Made by a program: the position numbers and the translations under genes
The notes under the pieces: generated by a model
Seen by the model: only the letters and a program-made list of their open reading frames with translations
Database searches by the model: none
Told to the model about the DNA's origin: nothing
IMG/VR virus record: IMGVR_UViG_3300036715_002952
Span: 1 to 24,889 of that record
Source: a virus
Taxonomy: Duplodnaviria; Caudoviricetes
Direction: 5' to 3' (one strand)
DNA length: 24,889 nucleotides
In this document: positions 15,832 through 24,835 of the stretch, in pieces
How the letters are laid out: each line of letters opens with the position of its first letter
How positions within the stretch are numbered: the first letter of the stretch is position 1

Positions 15832-16518
15832 ATGGCAAAGGGCAATTCCTTTGAGATGCTGGCGCGGGATGCGGTCGAGCGGATCGAAGAGGCGCGGGCG
15901 GCGGGCAAGCAGATGACTTTCCTGCCGGATGAGCCTGCGCCGGGCGACAGCGAGCGGGCGAAGCGCGGCAAGGGCAAGGTCACGAGCCAGCTGCGCGAGT
16001 ACCTGGCCGCCAAGGGCCTGCGGCTGCCCGAGGAAGTGCTGCTTCAGATGGCGGGCATGGCCTCGACCGAGGATGCCTTCGTGACGGCGATGGCCGCGAC
16101 GGAGCGGGTGCTCGCCTGGGCCGAGGCTGGGGCGCGGCAGACGGCCACGGGCGTCAAGGATGGCGCGCTGGTCACCATCGACCTGGACACCAGTGCCACC
16201 ATGGGCCAGCGGCTGGCCACCTTCCAGTTCGTGTTCACGGCCCAGCTGCGCGCGGCGGAGGCTTTGCTGCCCTATGGGCTGGCCAAGGTCACGCCGGACG
16301 TGGCGGTGCAGCAGGCTGTCCAGGTGGTGGTGGTGGGTGGTGGATCTGGCCCGGTGCAGGCCGGAAAAGGGCCGGATCAGGCCCGCGATGTGACGCCGCA
16401 GGCGCGCCGGATCGCCCCGCCGCCGATGCCGCATGAAATGCAGCAAAATCAGCAGGTTAGCGAAGCGGTTTTGCCAGCGTCGGACGTACCGCGTCGGACG
16501 GATGAGGCAAGCCGTTGA
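15832..16518 (+). CDS. terS: Putative terminase small subunit
   Basis: GGGGGAG RBS; basic RAKRGKGK then helical domain ending AAEALLPY; immediately upstream of terL. Confidence 0.6.
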   Translation: MAKGNSFEMLARDAVERIEEARAAGKQMTFLPDEPAPGDSERAKRGKGKVTSQLREYLAAKGLRLPEEVLLQMAGMASTEDAFVTAMAATERVLAWAEAGARQTATGVKDGALVTIDLDTSATMGQRLATFQFVFTAQLRAAEALLPYGLAKVTPDVAVQQAVQVVVVGGGSGPVQAGKGPDQARDVTPQARRIAPPPMPHEMQQNQQVSEAVLPASDVPRRTDEASR

Positions 16519-16782
16519 AAATGCAGGAGGAAACAGGCATGGTGCGCAAGATCACCGATCTGGGGCTTGTCGGATGGACAGGGGTGCTGGTCGCCCTGGC
16601 TGAACCCTCGACCCCCACCCCCCGCTTGCTTCCGGGCCTGCCCGGCAGGCGGCTGACCAGGGGGGGGGAGGTCGCCGCGCGTTTCTGTCTGCCCCACCGT
16701 GTGACCCCATTCTGCCTTTTCGGGCTGACCCGGGGGCAAAAATGATCGCGAACCTTGGTCGCGCCGGATGGGGTAGGGGGGG
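16447..16782. promoter_or_regulatory. Putative packaging-initiation (pac) region
   Basis: IHF-like sites at 16447-16459 and 16508-16520 flank GCGTCGGACG x2; C-tract 16609-16623 and G9 tract 16660-16674 form an imperfect inverted repeat. Confidence 0.45.
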
Positions 16783-18502
16783 TGTGGTCTGGTCGGCTGC
16801 GGAAATCGCGGGCGCCGGGTCGGGGTTATCGCCGGAGGAGGCGAAGGCCGAGGCCCTGGCGCAACTGGGTGCGGCCGAGGCTGTCCAGACGCTAGAGCTT
16901 GCCAACCCCGCTGTCGAGATGCCTTCGGTGGAGACAATGCAGTTTCCCGGCCCGATCGCCGAGGCGCTGTACTGGTCGGATGCGGACGTGGTGGGCATCG
17001 TGGGTCCGGTCGGCAGCGGCAAGACCACCACCACGCTGAAATCGCGCCTGCGCCGCGCCCTGATGATGCCCCGGTCGGTGATCGACGGGACCAGGCGCTA
17101 CAAGCTCTTGGTGGTGCGGGAAACCTACCGCCAGCTTTGGGCCACCACGATCCCGTCCTATCTGGAAAGCTACCCCAAGGGCATGGGCCAGTGGAGCGGC
17201 GGGCGGGGCGACCCGGTGACCCATGTGATCGAGTTTGACGACGGCAATGGCCCGATCGAGTTCCGTGTCGAGTTCATGGCCTTTGGCGATGACGTGATCG
17301 CCTCGATGCGGGGCGTGCAGACCACGGATATCTGGCTGAACGAGACGGACACCGTGCCGGTAGAGGTGCTGACGGCCGGGATCGGGCGGATCGACCGCTG
17401 GCCGGGTGCGGCCCATTTCGAGGGCTATCCGCCCGAGCTGCGCGGCTATGGCCAGATCGTCTGCGATTTCAACGCGCCGGACGAGGACAACTGGACCTAC
17501 AAGGTCTTTTACGACGAAGAGGAACGGGTGCGCATGGGTGCGGACCTGTCGGCGGGCCTGCCCGAGGGGGCCAAGCGGATCTCGATCGAGTTTTACCGCC
17601 AGCCGGGCTATGGCGAGCCGGGCTGCGAGAACCTGGCCAACCTGTCGGCCAGCTACTACCCCCGCCAGATCGCCGCCAACCGGCTGGCCGGGCGCGGCGA
17701 CATGATCGACCGGCTGGTTTACAACAAGACGGTCTACCTGCGCGCTGGTGACCCGGTGTTTCGCCGCGAGTTCAACCGCCGCATCCATGTCAGCGACCAG
17801 CGTCTTGACGCGGTGGTGCGCCGCCGGCTGCGCATCGGGCTTGACCAGGGCTTTAAAGGGGCCGCCGTCATCGGGGATTTCGAAGATCCCTTCCACTGGC
17901 GCATTCTGGGCGAACTGCACTTTCCCAATGAACGCCTGATGGCGGCCGAGTTCGGGCGGCGGTTGGCCAAGCTGTTGGAAACCCGCTGGCCGGGCGTCGA
18001 GGTTGAGGCCGCCTGGGGCGATATGGCGGGCGAGCAGGGCGCATCGCAGGCGGCGGATGAGAACGCCACCTGGAACAAGCTGGTGGCGCAGGCGGCGGGC
18101 TTTCGCGTGCGGCCGCAGAAGATTGGCACCAACCGCATCCAGCCCCGCCTGGAGGCCGTGCGGGCGCCCTTGGAGTACCTGGACGGCGGCCGCCCCGGGC
18201 TGATCATCGACCCAAGCTGCAAGCTGCTGATCCGTGGCTTTGAGGCGCGGTATGTCTGGAAAGACGAGGTCGATGCCAATGGCGACAAGCGCAAGGTGCC
18301 CGACAAGAGCCTGACCGAGGCCAACGTCATGGACGCGCTGCAATACCTGCTTTTGTCGGAGCATCGCGCCAGTGGCGTGAGCCCGATCAGTTTCCCGCAA
18401 GGGAAGGCGGCCCGACAGGGCCTGCATGGGGGGGCACGTCCCCCGGAGCCTGCCGGTGGGCTGGACACCGGATTTGATGTTTTGAACCCCTATGGAGCGT
18501 GA
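16742..18502 (+). CDS. terL: Terminase large subunit
   Basis: Walker A GPVGSGKT, VVRETYRQL, Walker B IWLNE, DFNAP, nuclease IGLDQG and NVMDALQYL. Exact start uncertain. Confidence 0.92.
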   Translation: MIANLGRAGWGRGGVVWSAAEIAGAGSGLSPEEAKAEALAQLGAAEAVQTLELANPAVEMPSVETMQFPGPIAEALYWSDADVVGIVGPVGSGKTTTTLKSRLRRALMMPRSVIDGTRRYKLLVVRETYRQLWATTIPSYLESYPKGMGQWSGGRGDPVTHVIEFDDGNGPIEFRVEFMAFGDDVIASMRGVQTTDIWLNETDTVPVEVLTAGIGRIDRWPGAAHFEGYPPELRGYGQIVCDFNAPDEDNWTYKVFYDEEERVRMGADLSAGLPEGAKRISIEFYRQPGYGEPGCENLANLSASYYPRQIAANRLAGRGDMIDRLVYNKTVYLRAGDPVFRREFNRRIHVSDQRLDAVVRRRLRIGLDQGFKGAAVIGDFEDPFHWRILGELHFPNERLMAAEFGRRLAKLLETRWPGVEVEAAWGDMAGEQGASQAADENATWNKLVAQAAGFRVRPQKIGTNRIQPRLEAVRAPLEYLDGGRPGLIIDPSCKLLIRGFEARYVWKDEVDANGDKRKVPDKSLTEANVMDALQYLLLSEHRASGVSPISFPQGKAARQGLHGGARPPEPAGGLDTGFDVLNPYGA

Positions 18503-18506
18503 AGAG

Positions 18507-18923
18507 ATGGCAAAAGTGACCGAAGGCACGGGGACTGACGCAGCGGCTGAGGCCGAAGCCGACGCCAAGGCGAAGGCTGACGCGGAGGCGGCTGCGCTGG
18601 CGCAGGCCGAAGCTGACGCCAAGGCCAAGGCTGACATGGAGGCCGCTGCGCTGGCGCAGGCCGAAGCAGCCCCGCCGAAGGCCGCGCCGGATGATCTGCG
18701 GGCGCGGATTGCGCAGATCGAGGCGGGCAACACGATCAGCGGACTGAATGCGCTGATCGAAGCGCTTGCCAAGGATGGCGGGCGGGCGATTGAAGACAAT
18801 AACCGCTATGTCACCCTGCGCCTGGACGGGGTCGAGGCTGTGGGCGGGCCGGGCATTTCCATCGCGCTGGACAGCTGGTGCCAGATGGCCCGGATTGCCA
18901 TTCGGCAGGCGGAGGCTGCGTGA
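18507..18923 (+). CDS. Hypothetical protein with Ala-rich tandem repeat
   Basis: GGAG RBS; AEADAKAKAD(A/M)EAAALAQ x2 followed by a globular C-terminus. Confidence 0.7.
   Translation: MAKVTEGTGTDAAAEAEADAKAKADAEAAALAQAEADAKAKADMEAAALAQAEAAPPKAAPDDLRARIAQIEAGNTISGLNALIEALAKDGGRAIEDNNRYVTLRLDGVEAVGGPGISIALDSWCQMARIAIRQAEAA
18552..18668 (+). repeat. 54-bp in-frame tandem duplication
   Basis: Two near-identical GCCGAAGCnGACGCCAAGGCnAAGGCTGAC...GCGCTGGCGCAG units plus a partial third. Confidence 0.85.
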
Positions 18924-19204
18924 TGGCGCGATATCGCAAGAAGCCTGTGGAGATCGAAGCGATCTCTTTCGAGGAGCTGGTTCGCTTCGGCATTGTCGCA
19001 GGCGGAAACATTGTCAACGGGATGCCGTGGTCGTTTGAATACAAGGGGCACCCGATCACGCATGAAAATGACAACTGCTATTTGATCCCCACGCTTGAGG
19101 GGACCATGCGTTTTAACCGGGGCGATATGCTTCTGACTGGCGTGAAGGGGGAAATCTACCCATGCCGGTCAGATATTTTTGACGCAACCTACGAGGCGGT
19201 GTGA
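18923..19204 (+). CDS. Conserved phage protein (YRKKPVxIEA family)
   Basis: YRKKPVEIEA...IPTLEGTM...GD...GVKGEIYPCRSDIFDATYE. Confidence 0.85.
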   Translation: MARYRKKPVEIEAISFEELVRFGIVAGGNIVNGMPWSFEYKGHPITHENDNCYLIPTLEGTMRFNRGDMLLTGVKGEIYPCRSDIFDATYEAV

Positions 19205-19205
19205 C

Positions 19206-19439
19206 ATGAGGAAGGGCGAGCTTAAGGCGCAGGTGGCGCAGCTGGTGGACGGGACGCGGACCTATGCGGAGATCGCTACCCTGTGCGGCACAACCGAAGC
19301 ATCGGTCTACTCGGCTGTGCACCGGATGAGCGCCACGCATCTGGTCATCCGCCGGGTGCCTGGCCCAAAAGTGGGCTATCGCTATCAGCCCGGCAAGCGG
19401 CGGTGGCGCGGCGATCTGGCTGCAAAGATCGGAGCCTGA
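19206..19439 (+). CDS. Small HTH protein, 77 aa
   Basis: GAGG RBS; RTYAEIATLCGTTEASVYSAVHR. Confidence 0.7.
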   Translation: MRKGELKAQVAQLVDGTRTYAEIATLCGTTEASVYSAVHRMSATHLVIRRVPGPKVGYRYQPGKRRWRGDLAAKIGA

Positions 19440-19442
19440 CCC

Positions 19443-19973
19443 ATGATCCAGCTGCGCCCCTATGATGATCTTTCGGCCATGGCTGTCCTGCAGCTTTTGG
19501 ATGTGGCTGACTTGATGGAGGTGCAGCTGGTGCGCGGGGGTGTGACCGGGCATCTGGCGCTGTTTGCCGAATGGCGGGCGGTGGAGCCTTTGCGGTTGGC
19601 CTCTTTCGTGGCGCTGACCGGGGCGGGCACGCCCTTTGCGGTCTTTGGTCTGTCCCACACGGGGCAGGCTGGCGTGGGTGCGGCCGCGATGCTGGCCCGC
19701 GATCATGCGACCTGGCGGTTGCCTTTGGCGCGCCTGGCGGTGACGATCCGCCGGGCGCTGCCTGCCTATTGTGCCGAGCGGGGCATCCACCGGATCGAGG
19801 CGCGCAGCTGGGCGCAGCATCCGAGTGCATCTGGCTTGCTCCGCGCCATGGGTTTCGGCTATGAATGTGCCATGCCCGGTTTTGGCCCGACCGGACAGGC
19901 GGCTTTTCACCAATACGCCCGGATCTTCCCCGCTTGCACCCCATCTGTCGAGGAGCAAGCCCGTGTGCTTTAG
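19443..19973 (+). CDS. GNAT-fold (acetyltransferase-like) protein
   Basis: PFAVFG...GIHRIEARSWAQHPSASGLLRAMGFGYE...GFG. Confidence 0.72.
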   Translation: MIQLRPYDDLSAMAVLQLLDVADLMEVQLVRGGVTGHLALFAEWRAVEPLRLASFVALTGAGTPFAVFGLSHTGQAGVGAAAMLARDHATWRLPLARLAVTIRRALPAYCAERGIHRIEARSWAQHPSASGLLRAMGFGYECAMPGFGPTGQAAFHQYARIFPACTPSVEEQARVL

Positions 19974-20145
19974 CAAGCCCAAGATCCCAAGCCCGGCCGT
20001 GGCTGCGATCGACAACAGCCAGGCCATTGCCCAGTCTGACCTGGAGGCCCGCCTGCGCAAGCGCCGGGCCGGGGCCGCGGCGGATATCCTGACCGGGCCG
20101 AGTGGCATTCCCTACACCAGCACCATGGGCGGGGTGGCATCGTGA
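19963..20145 (+). CDS. Small pre-portal virion protein, 60 aa
   Basis: GAGGAG RBS, GTG start: MCFSKPKIP...RKRRAGAAADILTGPSG; typical of genes just before podovirus portals. Confidence 0.75.
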   Translation: MCFSKPKIPSPAVAAIDNSQAIAQSDLEARLRKRRAGAAADILTGPSGIPYTSTMGGVAS

Positions 20146-21821
20146 GCTATGAGCCCGCCACGATCCAGCCCGCTGGCGCCCGCGTCAACGATCCGGCGCA
20201 TGACAATGCCGACCGGCGCTGGAGCGAGATGAAGAAGGACCGCGCCCCGCATGAGGCGACCTGGGAGGATATCGCCCGGCTGATCCGCCCGCAGCGTGGC
20301 GGCTTCATGCAGCCCAATTCGGCGGAACGGGTGCTGGAAAAGCCCCTGTCTTCGGCCCCGATCATGGCGCAGTCGAACTTTGCCGCAGGCCTTTACGGCA
20401 CGCTGACCAACCCGGCCAACCGCTGGTTCGGCTTTCGCACCAATGACCCGGATCTGAATGCCCATCAGCCCGCGCGCCTGTGGATGGATAAGGTGACGGA
20501 TCGGGTGCTCGCCAGTTTCATGCCCGGCATCAGCCCGTTTTACAGCGCGACGACGGAAGCCTTTTCCGACCTGTCGGCCTTTGGCAATGCCGCCCAGTAT
20601 GACGAGCTGGTCACAGCCGAAAAGAAGATCCTGGACGTGACGATCAGTCTGGCCGAGATCTGCTATGACATCGACGGCTGGGGCCGGATTTGCGAGGTTG
20701 TGCGCAAGTTCTACCTGAAACCCGCCGCTGCCCTGCGCATGTTCGGGGCCGATGCCCTGCCGAAGAAGTTTGCCGAACAGGCCAGCGCCGGGGCACAGGA
20801 CAAGCACGTCTTTTACCACCATGTCACCCCCAACGATGCCTTCCAGCCCGGCCGCATCGGCCCCAAGGGCAAGCGCTGGCTGTCGCGCTATACGACCGAA
20901 TGCGAACGCTGCCTGGTGCGCGAGGCGGGTTACGACGAAATGCCGTTTTATGCCCCCCGGTGGGAAGTGGACAGCGGGCAGATCTATGGCATCGGGCCGG
21001 GCTATGTCGCCCTGGCCTCGACCCGGGTTCATCACCAGATGGAAATGGCCACGATCCGGGCAGCACAGCGGGCGGCTGACCCGACCTTGCTGGCCCCCGA
21101 TCGGTCGGACTGGCCGCTGAATGGCAAGATCCGGCCCGGCCAAGTGGTCTATGGCGGGCTGAACATGCAGGGCAATCAGATGCTGCGCCCGCTGGACATT
21201 ACCGGCCAGATCAACCTGACCCTGCAGGACCGCCAATTGAAGATGGAAGAGATCAAGGACGCCTTCCATTACAGCCTGATGTCGCTGGCCGGGCGCACCG
21301 GCATGACCGCAACTGAGGTGATGACGATCACGGAAGAACGCCAGCGCCTGTGGGCCCCGCACCAGGGCCGCGTCCAGCAAGAGTTTCTGGCCCCGAAGAT
21401 CAGCCGCCGCTTTGCCCTGTTGTGGCGGGCCGGGCAGATCCCGCCGCCGCCCGATGGCATGGCCGGGGCCGCGCTGGAGGTGGTCTACCAATCCGCCGCC
21501 GCTGCCGCCCAGCGGTCTGTCGAAGGCAACGCCGCCCTGCGCGTCATCCAGGACCTTGCGCCCCTGATGCAGATCGAGCCGCGCATCGCCGACCGGATCG
21601 ACCCGGATGGCTTGATCGAGGTTCTGGGCGATGCCCGTGGCGCACCCGCCAAGATGTTCCGGTCGCGTGAGGATGCCGATGCCCTGGCGCAGCAGCGCGA
21701 CCAGATGCAGCAGATGGCCGCTACGATGGGGGCGATGCAACAGGGCGCCGGGGCCTTGAAAGACGCCGCCAGTGCGGCGCAGGCGCTGCAGCCGGCGCAA
21801 GGGCAGGGGGGGCGGCCATGA
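20142..21821 (+). CDS. Portal / head-tail connector (T7 gp8/BPP-1 type)
   Basis: AAGLYGTLTNPANRWF, DLSAFGNA, PRW...YGIGPG, MTATEV, QQEFLAP. Confidence 0.93.
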   Translation: MSYEPATIQPAGARVNDPAHDNADRRWSEMKKDRAPHEATWEDIARLIRPQRGGFMQPNSAERVLEKPLSSAPIMAQSNFAAGLYGTLTNPANRWFGFRTNDPDLNAHQPARLWMDKVTDRVLASFMPGISPFYSATTEAFSDLSAFGNAAQYDELVTAEKKILDVTISLAEICYDIDGWGRICEVVRKFYLKPAAALRMFGADALPKKFAEQASAGAQDKHVFYHHVTPNDAFQPGRIGPKGKRWLSRYTTECERCLVREAGYDEMPFYAPRWEVDSGQIYGIGPGYVALASTRVHHQMEMATIRAAQRAADPTLLAPDRSDWPLNGKIRPGQVVYGGLNMQGNQMLRPLDITGQINLTLQDRQLKMEEIKDAFHYSLMSLAGRTGMTATEVMTITEERQRLWAPHQGRVQQEFLAPKISRRFALLWRAGQIPPPPDGMAGAALEVVYQSAAAAAQRSVEGNAALRVIQDLAPLMQIEPRIADRIDPDGLIEVLGDARGAPAKMFRSREDADALAQQRDQMQQMAATMGAMQQGAGALKDAASAAQALQPAQGQGGRP

Positions 21822-22114
21822 TCTGGACCAAGCTGCCTTTTCTTCGCGCCCTGTTCCCGTCCCGTGGTGCCGCTGGCGAGGTTGCCAAGCGGTGGTTTAC
21901 CGTCCGCACGCATGAGCCGCAGCTGGCGCATGATCTGATCCGGCTGGGTGGCATTCTGTCGGCCCAGCCCACGGGGCCGGATGGGCCCGAGCTGCTGGAC
22001 CCTGCGCGCATGGCCTATGAAGCGGGGCGGCGCGATCTGGCGCTGTCCCTTCTGGCCATGATGTCGCTGACCGTTTCCGAGTTGAACGAACTGATGGAGA
22101 ATGCCGATGTCTGA
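21818..22114 (+). CDS. Small post-portal protein (Bbp19-like)
   Basis: MAYEAGRRDLAL motif; position between portal and scaffold. Confidence 0.7.
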   Translation: MIWTKLPFLRALFPSRGAAGEVAKRWFTVRTHEPQLAHDLIRLGGILSAQPTGPDGPELLDPARMAYEAGRRDLALSLLAMMSLTVSELNELMENADV

Positions 22115-23030
22115 CCCCGCCGCAAATGCCGCCGCAGATACGACTGCCGCCGCCGCTGCCACCACGACCCCTGCCGCAGCGCCTACCGGTGGCGATGCCC
22201 CCGCGCCCAAGTGGTACGAGGGCGAGGCCTTTACCGCCGAGGAACGCGATTGGATGAAGGCGCGGGGCTTGCAGGCCGATGACCCGCTGTCGATCCTGCC
22301 CAAGGTGATCAAGGGGCATCGGTCTGCCGAACAGCGCATCGGCAAGGGCCTTGACAGCATCATGGACCGCCCGGCCGAGGGGCAGAAGCTGACCGAATGG
22401 CTGAAGGCCAACGGCGCAACCCTTGGTCTGCCGGCCGATGAAACAGGATACGAGGTCAAGCCACCCGAAAGCTGGCCCAAGGATCTGGCCTGGAATGGCG
22501 AGCTGGAGGCGCAGGCCCGCAAGATCGCCTTTGACGCCGGTGTGCCGCCCGATGTGCATGGCGCCTATGTCGGCCTGTTCGCCGATCATATGGCGAGCCT
22601 GGAACGCGCCTCGACCGAGGGGATGACCAAGGCGCGGGAGGCGATGATGTCCGACCTGCAGCGCGATTTCGGCGACCAGATGCAGGCCAAGATCACCCAA
22701 GCCCAGCAGGCCGCAGGCGTGTTCTTTCAGGCCGCCGGCATCGGCCCGGAACAGCAGGCCTCGGTCACGCAGCTTTTGACTGACAAGACCGGCGATGCAG
22801 GCGTGATCAAGCTGTTTGCGGCCATCGGGGCCGCCATGGGCGAAGATCGCGGCGTGGGCCTGGGCAGCGGTGGCAATCTGGGCATGACGGCCGCCGAGGC
22901 CAAGGCCGAGCTGGCGCGGTTCGAAGCCCCGGACGGCGAATATGGCAAGGCTTTCATCGCCCGCGATCTGAACAAGCTGAAAGCGCTGGCCCCCCGGCGC
23001 GAGCAGCTGACGCGGCTTGCCACTCAGTAG
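22107..23030 (+). CDS. Capsid scaffolding protein
   Basis: Disordered Ala/Pro N-terminus, LGLP...GYE, helical C-terminus; position before the capsid gene. Confidence 0.8.
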   Translation: MSDPAANAAADTTAAAAATTTPAAAPTGGDAPAPKWYEGEAFTAEERDWMKARGLQADDPLSILPKVIKGHRSAEQRIGKGLDSIMDRPAEGQKLTEWLKANGATLGLPADETGYEVKPPESWPKDLAWNGELEAQARKIAFDAGVPPDVHGAYVGLFADHMASLERASTEGMTKAREAMMSDLQRDFGDQMQAKITQAQQAAGVFFQAAGIGPEQQASVTQLLTDKTGDAGVIKLFAAIGAAMGEDRGVGLGSGGNLGMTAAEAKAELARFEAPDGEYGKAFIARDLNKLKALAPRREQLTRLATQ

Positions 23031-23057
23031 CCTGTTTCGCCAAAGCCCAAAGCCCGC

Positions 23058-23086
23058 AACCCCGCCCGGAAAGAGGCGGAGTTTTT
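23058..23086 (+). terminator. Intrinsic terminator after scaffold
   Basis: CCGCC-CGGAAAGA-GGCGG-AG-TTTTT. Confidence 0.6.
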
Positions 23087-23111
23087 CGTTGTCAATCTTT
23101 TTCTTACCCAC

Positions 23112-23140
23112 TTGCTAGACTGATTCGGCCCGCGTAATAC
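23112..23140 (+). promoter_or_regulatory. Putative capsid promoter
   Basis: TTGCTA-17 nt-TAATAC preceded by a T-rich tract. Confidence 0.5.
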
Positions 23141-23146
23141 TACCCC

Positions 23147-23303
23147 TTGCGGGGCACCCGGCGTTTGCCGGTCCCAATGACAGCCGGAAAGCACGGCCCT
23201 TCAGAGCGAGGCCCCGGATCGGGGAAGCTTAGGACGGGTCCGCATTGATCGGGCACCCCTGCCGAAAACTCACATCCCATCGTCAGTTTTCAAGGAGGGC
23301 CCC
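23147..23303 (+). ncRNA. Candidate structured leader RNA of the capsid mRNA
   Basis: Five consecutive hairpins, two sharing a GGGCACC/GGTCC internal loop. Confidence 0.5.
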
Positions 23304-24233
23304 ATGCCCATCGCAACAGCACTTGAGCCGCACTTCCGGCTTACCTATCAGAACAACGTCGCCATGGTCGCGCAGCAGATGAAGAACCCGCTGATGGATC
23401 TGGTGACCCGCGTGCAAGGCAGCGGCGAAATGATGAGCGCCGCCGACTTTCTGGGCGCGTCGCAGTACCAGCGTGCGACCGAACGGGCGCGTGACAACGT
23501 GGACAACCGCGCGACCGCATTCCGGCGCTGGCTGACCCGTACGGCGGAAATCGAAGACGGCTGCATCATCGACGTCGAAGACCAGCTTGACATGACGCAG
23601 GACCCGACCAGCCGTCTGGTCCAGTATTTCACGGCCTCGGTCGTGCGCGGCACGATGGATATCATCACCGGCACTACCTTCGACGCATCGAATGGCATCT
23701 ACACCGTGACCGATGGCGGGATCTATGGCAACGCCATCGAGGGCAAGCGCGGCGGCACCACGGTGGCGCTGCCCGGGTCGCAGATGTTGGCGGTGGGCGG
23801 CACCGGCATGACGCTGGACAAGTTGCGTCAGGCCAAGTTGGCCCTGAACCAGGCTGAATTTGGCATGGAACAGGACGACAAGCTGTTTTGCCTGATCAGC
23901 CCGAAACAGGCCGATGATCTGATTGCGATTGCCGCGGCCAGCGGCACCGCCCTGAACGCATTCAACATCATGCAGCTGGTCGAGGGCAAACCGACCTCGC
24001 TGATGGGGATCACCTGGATTGTCTCGAACCGGGTGCCGAAGGACAGCACGGGCAACTGGCTTTGCGCCGTCTGGTCGAAAAATAACATCGTCTGGGGCGT
24101 CTGGGAGGATATTCAGGGCGACGTCTGGCGCGACACGTCCAAGAAGAACAAGCCCGTGGTGCGTGTCTGGGCGCGGTCGGACTGCGTCCGTCTGCAGGAC
24201 AAGGGCGTCATCATCATCCCCTGCATTCCGTGA
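23304..24233 (+). CDS. Major capsid protein
   Basis: AAGGAGGG RBS; 309 aa; AQQMKNPL, LISPKQADDL, LVEGK...MGITWIVSNR, VRLQDKGV; follows the scaffold. Confidence 0.9.
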   Translation: MPIATALEPHFRLTYQNNVAMVAQQMKNPLMDLVTRVQGSGEMMSAADFLGASQYQRATERARDNVDNRATAFRRWLTRTAEIEDGCIIDVEDQLDMTQDPTSRLVQYFTASVVRGTMDIITGTTFDASNGIYTVTDGGIYGNAIEGKRGGTTVALPGSQMLAVGGTGMTLDKLRQAKLALNQAEFGMEQDDKLFCLISPKQADDLIAIAAASGTALNAFNIMQLVEGKPTSLMGITWIVSNRVPKDSTGNWLCAVWSKNNIVWGVWEDIQGDVWRDTSKKNKPVVRVWARSDCVRLQDKGVIIIPCIP

Positions 24234-24308
24234 TCATCCCCCTGATGTGACCTTCCGGCCGGGGATCAGCCCCGGCCGTCGATCCACCCCCATCTTCAGG
24301 AGCCAGAT

Positions 24309-24761
24309 ATGGCCGTTGTCCTTTCGCAATCCGACCTCTTCACCAACCCGCGTTTCGACCAGATTTCGCCTGACCCCGCCAAGGTCAATGGCCGTGGCCA
24401 TGTCATCACTGGCACGGTCACCCATGGCGCCACCGACAGCCTTGGGTCGCTTTACAAGCTGGCCACAGTGCCCGCCGACGCCATCCTTGGCAGCAACACC
24501 ACCTTTGTGGCCGCAGGGTCCGGCTTTGCCACCACTCAGATCGGCACCAAGTCCGCGCCGACCGCCTTGGTTAACGCGGCGAAAGCCACCCATACGCCCA
24601 ACGCCATCGGCGATGCCAACCACGGCCTGCCGCTGTGGCAGCAGCTGGGCATGACCGCCCCCCCGGCCAGCAACATGATCGACCTGTACCAATATGCCCC
24701 TGCCGCCGCGACCGGCGCGGGCAGCATGAAGTTCGAGATCCACTATCGCTGGCACAGCTGA
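24309..24761 (+). CDS. Putative capsid decoration/cement protein
   Basis: AGGAG RBS; small beta-rich Ala/Gly/Thr protein after the capsid gene, flanked by GC hairpins (24256-24278, 24773-24799). Confidence 0.65.
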   Translation: MAVVLSQSDLFTNPRFDQISPDPAKVNGRGHVITGTVTHGATDSLGSLYKLATVPADAILGSNTTFVAAGSGFATTQIGTKSAPTALVNAAKATHTPNAIGDANHGLPLWQQLGMTAPPASNMIDLYQYAPAAATGAGSMKFEIHYRWHS

Positions 24762-24835
24762 TCCGCGCGACGAGGCCGGGGCCGCATCAGGCCCCGGCTG
24801 ATCTGAACCGCAGGCCAAAACTGTAGGGATGCCCG

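Noticed and set aside
16515-16745. 76-aa ORF bridging terS and terL
   Set aside because: It overlaps both neighbours neatly but runs through homopolymer tracts with atypical composition; not supportable as a CDS, though not excluded.
16892-18799. 635-aa minus-strand ORF, likewise 20112-21800, 14129-15415 and 21897-23111
   Set aside because: Antisense shadows of high-GC genes (terL, portal, helicase, scaffold) with no motifs.
24200-24310. Programmed frameshift or readthrough fusing capsid to the next gene
   Set aside because: No slippery heptamer at the capsid 3' end, and the next gene has its own AGGAG RBS.
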